Position numbers and translations under genes: made by a program. The notes beneath the pieces were generated by a model. The model had not been told where the DNA came from, did no database searches, and saw only the letters and a program-made list of their open reading frames with translations. A stretch of 64,000 bases of DNA from Pseudomonas aeruginosa PAO1 (GTDB lineage Bacteria > Pseudomonadota > Gammaproteobacteria > Pseudomonadales > Pseudomonadaceae), in the NCBI RefSeq assembly GCF_000006765.1, contig NC_002516.2; one strand, given 5' to 3'. Positions 18,255 through 26,505 of this stretch are shown one piece after another (position 1 is the first letter of the stretch; every line of letters begins with the position of its first letter).

Positions 18255-19586
18255 TCAGTCCTTGACCTTGAGGTCGAGGGCCAGGTCGCGGGCGGCCTTG
18301 GTCGCCAGAACGCCCATCAGCTGGCCGATCTCGTCCTGGCGGCTCGCCGCGCCGTTGGCGCCGGCACCCATCATTACGCTGGGGACGGGGGCCTGGGCGG
18401 CGGCTTCGGCCCAGACCTTGTTGATCGCGATCAGCGCGTCGAGCTTCGGCTGCAACGCGCCGTCCGCCTTGATCACCGCTTCGCGGGCGTAAGCCTCGGC
18501 GTCGGCGGTGATCTTGGTGGCCTGGGCGGTCACCGTGGCCTTGTCGCGCAGCAGTTCGGCGGTCTGCTTCTCGATCTCGGCGCGCTGCTTCTCGCGCTCG
18601 GCGTTGATCACCGCCAATTGCTTGTCGGTTTCCGCCTGGGTGGTGCGTTCGATCTGGTCGCGCAGGGTTTCCTGGCGCTTGGCCTCGACTTCCTTCTCGC
18701 CGCGGGCGGTGACCAACAGCTTTTCCTCTTCTTCCTTCAGGCGGTTCTGCCGCGCCACCGCCAGCTCGGCGAGCGCCTGCTGGACCTTGACCATGCGCTG
18801 CTTGTACTGCGGGTTGGGATCGACGTTGGTGATCCGCGCTTCCACCACCTCGACGCCGAACTTGCGGAACTGCTGTTGCTTGCGTACCGGGATGCCCTTG
18901 GCATCGGTGACCTTCTCGGTGACGAACTGGCTGGCGTTGTTGTCGCCGAACGCTCCCTGCTCGGTGCCGGCCTGGAGGATCGCGGTCTGGTGCGGAATGG
19001 CGCCGCGCGGCCCGCGGACTTCCTTGCGCTTGATCAGGTACAGGCCGTCGTTGAGCTGGTTCTCGAACTCGGCGGCGAATTCGCTGCGGGCTCCGGCGTA
19101 GTAGTCGTCGGCGCTCATCAGCGAAGCGGTGGCCTGGAGGGTTTCCTTGATCGCCGGCACCAGTGCGGTGCGGATGAAATTGTCCGGGTTGCGGTATTCC
19201 TGGGCCATCTTCAGGAACGGCTCGCCGCCGGGCAGGCGAAAGCGCGCGGAAGATTCGACCTTGGCGTCGACGTTGCCGAGGAACACGATCGGGAAAGCCT
19301 CGATGGTGGCGCCGAGGCCGTCGTTGTCCGGATTGGTGTCGTTATCGTCCATGACCAGCACGGACTGCACGCTGATGGCCTTCTTCCAGGTGGTGGCGCG
19401 ACCGAACCACTTGGTCGCGTAGCCGACGTCATCGACGATCTTCTCGTCGCCGAAGATGGTCCTTACGTGGGTCATGAAGCCGGCTTCGTTATAGAAGAAC
19501 ACGCCGTTGAACAGGCCGAAGCCGAGGGCGAGCACGCCGAGGGGGGCGGCGACGAACTTGATCAGGTTTCCCTTCGAGATGATCAC
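18255..19586 (-). CDS. SPFH/band-7 family membrane protein with coiled-coil C-terminus
   Basis: N-terminal TM helix, FGVEVVEARITNVD SPFH motif, Ala/Glu/Lys heptad tail (AEADAEAY-like). GTG at 19586 fits the RBS better than ATG at 19592. Confidence 0.75.
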   Translation of the reverse strand: MIISKGNLIKFVAAPLGVLALGFGLFNGVFFYNEAGFMTHVRTIFGDEKIVDDVGYATKWFGRATTWKKAISVQSVLVMDDNDTNPDNDGLGATIEAFPIVFLGNVDAKVESSARFRLPGGEPFLKMAQEYRNPDNFIRTALVPAIKETLQATASLMSADDYYAGARSEFAAEFENQLNDGLYLIKRKEVRGPRGAIPHQTAILQAGTEQGAFGDNNASQFVTEKVTDAKGIPVRKQQQFRKFGVEVVEARITNVDPNPQYKQRMVKVQQALAELAVARQNRLKEEEEKLLVTARGEKEVEAKRQETLRDQIERTTQAETDKQLAVINAEREKQRAEIEKQTAELLRDKATVTAQATKITADAEAYAREAVIKADGALQPKLDALIAINKVWAEAAAQAPVPSVMMGAGANGAASRQDEIGQLMGVLATKAARDLALDLKVKD

Positions 19587-19719
19587 GATCATTCCTTGAT
19601 GCGGGGTGGGGGAGCGCGATCCTGCTGAAAGGTGGCCCGCGACGTCAAGATGGACGGCGGAAAAAATGCGAATCGCATAATGCTTCGCTGAAAGGCCCGC
19701 ATGGCGGGCCTGGGGTGGG

Positions 19720-20442
19720 TCAGAGCGGGAAGGGCGCCTGGCGATGGCCGTTGGCGTCGATCTCCAGGGCCCAGCCCTGGCGGTCCCAGTCGCCGAGCAC
19801 GATGCGCCGGGCGGGCTGGCCGTCGATGTCCAGCGGGTGTTCGGCCGGCCGATGAGTGTGGCCGTGGATCAGGGTACGCACGCCATGCCCGCGCATGACC
19901 CGGGGCACTTCTTCGGGCGTGACATCGATGATGTCGACGGCTTTCATGCGGGTCTGCGCGCGGCTTTCCTTGCGCAGCTTGCGTGCCAGCTTGTGCCGGG
20001 TGGCCAGCGGCAGGTGGCGCAGTACCCAGAGCGTGAGCGGGTTGCGCAGCCAGCGGCGCAGGCGCATGTAGGCCTCGTCTCGGGTGCACAGGCTGTCCCC
20101 GTGCATCAGCAATACCGGCTCGCCGTACAGGTCGATCACGCTCGGGTCGGGCAGCAGCGTGCATCCGGCCTCGCGGCAGAACGCCTTGCCAATGAGGAAG
20201 TCGCGATTGCCGTGCATCAGGTAGATGCGCGTACCGCCGTCGGCCACCTGGCGCAGGGACTGGGCGATGGAGCGCTGGAAGGCGTCCATGCCGTCGTCGC
20301 CGATCCAGGCTTCGAAGAAGTCGCCGAGGATGTACAGGGCCTCGGCCCGACGGGCGCGCTCATCGAGGAAAGACAGAAACGCCCGGGTGATGTCCGGGCG
20401 TTCCGCTTCGAGATGCAGGTCCGAGATGAACAGGACGCTCAT
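19720..20442 (-). CDS. lpxH: UDP-2,3-diacylglucosamine hydrolase
   Basis: ISDLHL, LGDFF, GNRDF, MHGD and GHTHRP metallophosphoesterase motifs. Confidence 0.95.
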
Positions 20443-20446
20443 CGCT

Positions 20447-20944
20447 TCATTCTTCGACGATTTCGGCCTTCTCGATGATCACGTCCTCGGCCGGCACGTC
20501 CTGGTGGCCGCTGCGCATGGTGGTGGCCACGCCCTTGATCTTGTTGACCACGTCCATGCCCTCGACCACTTCGCCGAAGACGGCATAGCCCCAGCCCTGG
20601 GTGGTGGGGGCGGTATGGTTGAGGAAATCGTTGTCGGCGACGTTGATGAAGAACTGCGCGCTGGCCGAATGCGGGTCCATGGTACGAGCCATGGCGATGC
20701 TGCCGACCTTGTTGGTCAGGCCGTTGTTGGCTTCGTTCTTGATCGGTGCGCGAGTGGGCTTCTGCTTCATGCCCGGCTCGAAACCGCCGCCCTGGATCAT
20801 GAAGTTGTTGATCACGCGGTGGAAGACGGTGTTGTCGTAGTGGCCGCTTTTCACGTACTCCTTGAAGTTCGCCGCGGTTTCCGGGGCTTTCTCTTCATCG
20901 AGCTTCAGGGTGATGACGCCATGGTTGGTATGCAGCTTGATCAT
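20447..20944 (-). CDS. ppiB: Peptidyl-prolyl cis-trans isomerase B (cyclophilin)
   Basis: [19 protein letters not shown]...[10 protein letters not shown] and GYAVFG. Confidence 0.96.
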
Positions 20945-21066
20945 GTGGGTAATCCGCTTTGTCGTGAAAATCGAAGGCCTGTCAGGGGGTTGACAGCTTC
21001 GGCTATGATAAGCGCTTTGATTTGCCCGGCCTACCCTGGTCGGGCGAGAGCATGACCAAGGATCCC

Positions 21067-22737
21067 ATGAGCAAGCCAGAGACCACCGCCGCCCCGAACT
21101 TCCTGCGCCAGATCGTTCAAGCCGACCTGGATGCCGGCAAGCACGCGAAGATCGTCACCCGTTTCCCCCCGGAGCCCAACGGTTACCTGCACATCGGCCA
21201 CGCCAAGTCGATCTGCCTGAACTTCGGCCTGGCCCAGGAATTCGCTGGCGATTGCCATCTGCGCTTCGATGACACCAACCCGGCCAAGGAAGACCAGGAG
21301 TACATCGATGCCATCGAGGCCGACATCAAGTGGCTGGGCTTCCAGTGGTCCGGCGAGGTCTGCTATGCCTCCAACTATTTCGACCAGCTGCATGCCTGGG
21401 CCGTCGAGCTGATCAAGGCCGGCAAGGCGTTCGTCTGCGACCTCGGTCCCGAGGAAATGCGCGAATACCGCGGCACCCTCACCGAGCCGGGCCGCAACAG
21501 CCCTTACCGTGACCGTTCGGTGGAGGAGAACCTCGACCTGTTCGCCCGCATGAAGGCCGGTGAGTTCCCCGACGGCGCCCGTTCGCTGCGGGCGAAGATC
21601 GACATGGGTTCGCCGAACATGAACCTGCGCGATCCGATCCTGTACCGCATCCGCCATGCGCATCACCACCAGACCGGCGACAAGTGGTGCATCTACCCGA
21701 GCTACGACTTCACCCACGGTCAGTCGGACGCCATCGAGGGCATCACCCATTCGATCTGCACCCTGGAATTCGAAGACCATCGTCCGCTCTACGAGTGGTT
21801 CCTGGCCAACCTGCCGGTACCTGCGCAACCGCGCCAGTACGAATTCTCCCGGCTCAACCTGAACTACACCGTGACCAGCAAGCGCAAGCTCAAGCAATTG
21901 GTCGACGAAGGCCATGTCAGCGGCTGGGACGATCCGCGCATGTCGACCCTGTCCGGCTATCGCCGCCGCGGCTACACCCCGGAGTCGATCCGCAACTTCT
22001 GCGAGATGATCGGGGTGAACCGCGCCAGCGGCGTGGTCGACATCGGCATGCTCGAGTTCAGCATCCGCGACCACCTGGACGCCACCGCGCCGCGTGCCAT
22101 GTGCGTGCTGAAACCGCTCAAGGTGGTGATCACCAACTACCCCGAAGGGCAGGTGGAGAACCTCGAGTTGCCGCGTCATCCGAAGGAAGACATGGGAGTG
22201 CGCGTACTGCCGTTCGGTCGCGAGCTGTTCATCGATGCCGGTGACTTCGAGGAAGTCCCGCCGGCCGGCTACAAGCGCCTGATCCCCGGTGGCGAGGTGC
22301 GTCTGCGCGGCAGCTACGTGATCCGTGCCGACGAAGCGATCAAGGATGCCGACGGCAATATCGTCGAACTGCGCTGCAGCTACGATCCGGACACCCTGGG
22401 CAAGAACCCGGAAGGCCGCAAGGTCAAGGGCGTGATCCACTGGGTGCCGGCCGAGGGCAGCGTCGAGTGCGAAGTGCGCCTGTACGATCGGCTGTTCCGC
22501 TCGGCCAATCCGGAGAAGGCGGAAGAGGGCGGCAGCTTCCTCGACAACATCAACGCCGACTCCCTGCAGGTACTGGCCGGCTGTCGCGCCGAGCCGTCGC
22601 TGGGCCAGGCGAACCCGGAGGATCGCTTCCAGTTCGAGCGCGAAGGCTATTTCGTCGCCGACCTGAAGGACTCCAGGCCGGGCAAGCCGGTGTTCAACCG
22701 TACCGTCACCCTGCGTGACTCCTGGGGACAGGGCTGA
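21067..22737 (+). CDS. glnS: Glutaminyl-tRNA synthetase
   Basis: [15 protein letters not shown] (HIGH), RFDDTNP, TSKRKL and FQFEREGYF; ATG at 21067 (556 aa). Confidence 0.97.
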   Translation: MSKPETTAAPNFLRQIVQADLDAGKHAKIVTRFPPEPNGYLHIGHAKSICLNFGLAQEFAGDCHLRFDDTNPAKEDQEYIDAIEADIKWLGFQWSGEVCYASNYFDQLHAWAVELIKAGKAFVCDLGPEEMREYRGTLTEPGRNSPYRDRSVEENLDLFARMKAGEFPDGARSLRAKIDMGSPNMNLRDPILYRIRHAHHHQTGDKWCIYPSYDFTHGQSDAIEGITHSICTLEFEDHRPLYEWFLANLPVPAQPRQYEFSRLNLNYTVTSKRKLKQLVDEGHVSGWDDPRMSTLSGYRRRGYTPESIRNFCEMIGVNRASGVVDIGMLEFSIRDHLDATAPRAMCVLKPLKVVITNYPEGQVENLELPRHPKEDMGVRVLPFGRELFIDAGDFEEVPPAGYKRLIPGGEVRLRGSYVIRADEAIKDADGNIVELRCSYDPDTLGKNPEGRKVKGVIHWVPAEGSVECEVRLYDRLFRSANPEKAEEGGSFLDNINADSLQVLAGCRAEPSLGQANPEDRFQFEREGYFVADLKDSRPGKPVFNRTVTLRDSWGQG

Positions 22738-22746
22738 GGAAAAACC

Positions 22747-24129
22747 GTGCTGCAGATCTACAACACGCTGAGCAAGACCAAAGAAGTCTTCACGCCGCTG
22801 GTCGGCAACCAGGTGCGCATGTACGTGTGCGGCATGACCGTGTACGACTACTGCCATCTGGGCCACGGCCGCAGCATGGTGGCGTTCGACGTGATCACCC
22901 GCTGGTTGCGCCACCGTGGCTACGACCTGACGTACGTGCGCAACATCACCGATATCGATGACAAGATCATCAATCGCGCCAACGAGAACGGCGAACCGTT
23001 CGATGTGCTGACCGAGCGCATGATCGCGGCGATGCACGAGGACGAGGCCCGGCTGAACATCCTCAAGCCGGACCAGGAGCCGCGTGCCACCGATCACATC
23101 GCCGGCATGCACGCGATGATCCAGACCCTGATCGACAAGGGCTATGCCTACGCGCCGGGCAACGGTGACGTGTACTACCGGGTCGGCAAGTTCGCTGGCT
23201 ACGGCAAGTTGTCGCGGCGGCGGGTCGAGGACCTGCGCATCGGTGCGCGGATCGAACCGGGCGAAGCGAAGGAGGATCCGCTCGATTTCGTGCTCTGGAA
23301 GGGCGCCAAGCCGGGCGAGCCGAGCTGGTCGTCGCCCTGGGGCGAGGGGCGCCCGGGCTGGCACATCGAATGCTCGGTGATGTCCACCTGCTGCCTGGGC
23401 GATTCCTTCGACATCCATGGCGGTGGCAACGACCTGGAGTTCCCTCACCACGAGAACGAGATCGCCCAGAGCGAGGCCGCGACCGGCAAGCCCTACGCCA
23501 AGTCCTGGCTGCACTGCGGGATGATCACCATCAACGGCGAGAAGATGTCCAAGTCGCTGGGCAATTTCTTCACCATCCGCGAAGTGCTGGAGAAATATCA
23601 CCCCGAAGTGGTGCGTTACCTGCTGATCGCCAGCCATTACCGCAGTCCGATCAACTACTCGGAGGAGAACCTGCGCGAGGCCAAGGCGGCCCTGGACCGT
23701 TTCTACAACGCGCTCAAGGGGCTGCCCGAGGCGGCGCCGGCGGAAGCGGCGGAGTATGTCGAGCGCTTCGCCGCGGCGATGGACGACGACTTCAATACCG
23801 CGGGTGCCTGCTCGGTGCTGTTCGAGCTGGCGCGGGAGGTCAATCGTCTGCGCGAAAGCGACCTGTCGGCGGCGGCCGCGCTGGCCGCGCGCCTGAAGCA
23901 GTTGGCTGGCCTGCTGGGGGTGCTGCAACTGGAGCCGGAAGCCTTCCTGCAGGCGGGCGCCGAGGGCAAGGTCGATGCGGCCGAGGTCGAGGCGCTGATC
24001 CAGGCGCGCCTGGAGGCGCGGGCGGCGAAGAACTGGGCGGAGTCCGACCGGATTCGCGATCAGCTCACCGCCATGGGCGTAGTGCTGGAGGATGGCAAGG
24101 GCGGCACTACCTGGCGCCTGGCCGACTGA
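22747..24129 (+). CDS. cysS: Cysteinyl-tRNA synthetase
   Basis: [27 protein letters not shown] and KMSKS. Confidence 0.97.
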   Translation: MLQIYNTLSKTKEVFTPLVGNQVRMYVCGMTVYDYCHLGHGRSMVAFDVITRWLRHRGYDLTYVRNITDIDDKIINRANENGEPFDVLTERMIAAMHEDEARLNILKPDQEPRATDHIAGMHAMIQTLIDKGYAYAPGNGDVYYRVGKFAGYGKLSRRRVEDLRIGARIEPGEAKEDPLDFVLWKGAKPGEPSWSSPWGEGRPGWHIECSVMSTCCLGDSFDIHGGGNDLEFPHHENEIAQSEAATGKPYAKSWLHCGMITINGEKMSKSLGNFFTIREVLEKYHPEVVRYLLIASHYRSPINYSEENLREAKAALDRFYNALKGLPEAAPAEAAEYVERFAAAMDDDFNTAGACSVLFELAREVNRLRESDLSAAAALAARLKQLAGLLGVLQLEPEAFLQAGAEGKVDAAEVEALIQARLEARAAKNWAESDRIRDQLTAMGVVLEDGKGGTTWRLAD

Positions 24130-24142
24130 ACCCGCAGCGATA

Positions 24143-24176
24143 AATGAAAAGCCCCGCGTTCGCGGGGCTTTTCATT
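24143..24176. terminator. Bidirectional terminator between cysS and folD
   Basis: AATGAAAAGCCCCGCG-TT-CGCGGGGCTTTTCATT perfect inverted repeat. Confidence 0.88.
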
Positions 24177-24186
24177 ACCGGCGACC

Positions 24187-25041
24187 TCAGTCGTGCAGGT
24201 GTTCGGCGGCGTGCAGGGTATTTTCCAGCAGGCAGGCGCGGGTCATCGGCCCGACGCCGCCCGGCACCGGGGTGATCCAGCTGGCGCGTTGTGCCGCCAC
24301 CTCGTATTCCACGTCGCCGACCAGGCGGCCGTCGGCCTGGCGGTTGATGCCGACGTCGATGACGATGGCGCCTTCCTTGATCCACTCGCCCTTGACCAGT
24401 CCCGGCTTGCCGGCAGCGACCACCACCAGGTCGGCGCGCGACACATGGTCGGCCAGGTCGCGGGTGAAGCGGTGGGTCACGGTGACGGTGCAGCCACCCA
24501 GCAGCAACTCCAGAGCCATGGGCCGGCCGACGATGTTCGAGGCGCCGACCACGACCGCGTCCATGCCGTACAGGTCGGCGCCGGTGCTGGCGAGCAGGGT
24601 CATGATGCCTTTCGGGGTGCAGGGGCGCAGCAGGGGCATGCGCTGGGCCAGGCGGCCGATGTTGTAGGGATGGAAACCGTCCACGTCCTTGTCCGGGTGG
24701 ATACGCTCCAGCAGCAGGGAGGCGTCCAGGTGGGCGGGCAGGGGTAGCTGGACCAGGATGCCGTCGATGGCGGGATCGTCGTTCAGGCGGTCGATCAGGG
24801 CCAGCAGGTCGTCCTGGCTGGTTTCGGCGGGAAGATCGTAGGCCTGGGAGAGAAAGCCGACTTCCTCGCAGTCCTTGCGCTTGTGCGCCACATAGACCTG
24901 AGAGGCCGGATCGGTGCCGACCAGGATCACCGCCAGGCCGGGAACGCGCAGGCCTTGCTGGCGGCGCTCGGTCACGCGTTGGGCTATCTGCTGGCGAAGG
25001 TTGGCGGCGATCGCTTTGCCGTCGATCAGTTGTGCGGTCAT
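24187..25041 (-). CDS. folD: Methylene-THF dehydrogenase/cyclohydrolase
   Basis: [28 protein letters not shown] and [10 protein letters not shown]. Confidence 0.97.
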
Positions 25042-25173
25042 GTCGGAAGGGTAACCATCGAATCGGGTGGAAAAAGGACGCGCATTTTCGCATGGACGCC
25101 GCCCGGGGCAAAGGAGGCGACCCGCGGATTTGCCGTAACTCCTTTATATAGCTGAATTTTTTTAAAAAACCCG

Positions 25174-25210
25174 TTGACGGCCTTTCGCCCCCTGTATAAC
25201 ATGCGCCCCG
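25174..25210 (+). promoter_or_regulatory. Stable-RNA-type sigma-70 promoter of the tRNA operon
   Basis: TTGACG-N17-TAACAT, AT-rich UP-like tract upstream and GC-rich discriminator GCGCCCCG. Confidence 0.75.
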
Positions 25211-25319
25211 CTTGCCGAGCACAGCCGGACGCAGGGTAAGAGGTAATGCAAGTCGGTTGCTGACTTTGTGATTGCCAGAGCTTAAAGTTTGCGCTCAGCA
25301 TTGAATGCAGATGAATAAA

Positions 25320-25396
25320 GCGCCCGTAGCTCAGCTGGATAGAGCATCCGCCTTCTAAGCGGATGGTCGCAGGTTCGAGTCCTGCCGGGTGCGCCA
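25320..25396 (+). tRNA. tRNA-Arg(UCU)
   Basis: Cloverleaf; anticodon arm TCCGC-CTTCTAA-GCGGA; GTTCGAGTCC; CCA end. Confidence 0.96.
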
Positions 25397-25447
25397 TTCG
25401 GCGAATCGGCAAGAAGCAGGCGATGTTTTACCGCAAGTCGTAATATG

Positions 25448-25523
25448 GTGGGCGTAGCTCAGTTGGTAGAGCACAGGATTGTGGCTCCTGGTGTCGTGGG
25501 TTCGATTCCCATCGTCCACCCCA
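25448..25523 (+). tRNA. tRNA-His(GUG), copy 1 (encoded G-1 at 25447)
   Basis: CAGGA-TTGTGGC-TCCTG anticodon arm; C discriminator; CCA end. Confidence 0.96.
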
Positions 25524-25577
25524 TATTCCGAAGCGCCAGGCCCGGGGCCTGGCGTTTTCATTTCCAAGCAGTGTCCC

Positions 25578-25662
25578 GCGGACGTGGTGGAATTGGTAGA
25601 CACACTGGATTTAGGTTCCAGCGCCGCAAGGCGTGAGAGTTCGAGTCTCTCCGTCCGCACCA
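25578..25662 (+). tRNA. tRNA-Leu(UAG)
   Basis: CTGGA-TTTAGGT-TCCAG anticodon arm; long variable arm with GCAA loop; CCA end. Confidence 0.96.
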
Positions 25663-25728
25663 CCTTCAGGCTCGGCTTGTCCGGCCGCTGCGGTTGAAGC
25701 CGGAACGTCCGGCACGATTCACGATATG

Positions 25729-25804
25729 GTGGGCGTAGCTCAGTTGGTAGAGCACAGGATTGTGGCTCCTGGTGTCGTGGGTTCGATTCCCATCGTCCAC
25801 CCCA
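25729..25804 (+). tRNA. tRNA-His(GUG), copy 2
   Basis: Sequence identical to copy 1. Confidence 0.96.
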
Positions 25805-25914
25805 TATTTCGAAGCGCCAGGCCTTGTGCCTGGCGTTTTCGTTTGCGCTTCACGATCTCTTCTCCGCTTGCCTTTCCGGTACCCAATCCGCCCTCATGGG
25901 CGCGACGGCAGGTT

Positions 25915-25941
25915 GAACTTGTTCCGGGTCCGGCGCTCTTA
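25915..25941 (+). promoter_or_regulatory. Candidate AlgU (sigma-22/sigma-E) promoter
   Basis: GAACTT-N16-TCTTA against the consensus GAACTT-N16/17-TCTnA. Confidence 0.65.
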
Positions 25942-25993
25942 AGCGAGCCTGTCGTTCCTGGCGGGTCCGTATATGCAGTCTGGGTGAAGCGAC

Positions 25994-26215
25994 ATGTCGA
26001 TGAAATGGACCGAGCAGCGCTTGCGCAAGGCTCTCAAGCAGATGGCGAACAATCATGAATCGGCTGCGGTCGAGGTCATGCGCGCCGTCGAGCGGGCGAA
26101 CGATCCGAAGCTGGCGCAGCGCCTGCTCGAGGTGATCGAGCAGATGCACCAGGATGCCGATGCGCTGCGCTCCATCGACGACGAAATCGCCAGCGGCGTG
26201 ATCCGTTGCCAATGA
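25994..26215 (+). CDS. Small hypothetical alpha-helical protein (73 aa; alternative start 26000)
   Basis: Strong GC3 bias, amphipathic helical composition, no overlap with other genes, upstream AlgU-like promoter. Confidence 0.75.
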   Translation: MSMKWTEQRLRKALKQMANNHESAAVEVMRAVERANDPKLAQRLLEVIEQMHQDADALRSIDDEIASGVIRCQ

Positions 26216-26388
26216 GGCCGTAGACGCTCCGCAGTTCAGGACTTCCCGGCTGAAACCGGCGCATCCGGCCGGTTCGCCAGTTTCGGGCGCAAGGTCGCGC
26301 CCTGGGCTGTGTTCCGGCGAACGGTATAAGGTTGGCGGCCGCGGAAGGCGAAGGCGGTGAACATGTTCGTATTCTCTCTCGGTGTGTT

Positions 26389-26505
26389 TCAGAAACGGTA
26401 TTCCACCAGGGCGCTCGGGCCGATGCTGTCATGCCACTCTTCGGCGACAGCGGCGGAGCAGAGGCTGGCGAGCGTGCCGGCGAGGCACAGGGAGGGGCTT
26501 CTCAT
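26389..26505 (-). pseudogene. 38-codon internally deleted outer-membrane beta-barrel gene remnant (mipA-like)
   Basis: MRSPSLCLAGTLASLCSAAVAEEWHDSIGPSALVEYRF*; AAGGAG 5 nt before an ATG that overlaps the upstream stop (ATGA); signal peptide plus C-terminal Y-x-F. Confidence 0.72.

Larger units (their letters stand above)
25443..25840 (+). repeat. 117-bp direct repeat (25443-25559 and 25724-25840): tRNA-His plus trailer hairpin
   Basis: Manual alignment shows 4 mismatches, all outside the tRNA. Confidence 0.85.

Noticed and set aside
25246-25263. Mini-ORF MQVGC in the tRNA operon leader
   Set aside because: GAGGT lies only 1 nt from the ATG and the context is a stable-RNA precursor.
26236-26364. 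42-codon minus-strand ORF (MFTAFAFRGRQPYTVRRN...) after GAGAGAG, downstream of the barrel remnant
   Set aside because: Codon usage is atypical, the Shine-Dalgarno is non-canonical and no motif is visible. It cannot be excluded without Ribo-seq.
25320-26500. Genomic island or prophage at the tRNA cluster (also checked at tRNA-Asp 37083-37159)
   Set aside because: There is no integrase, no partial tRNA att duplicate at a distance and no extended compositional shift.
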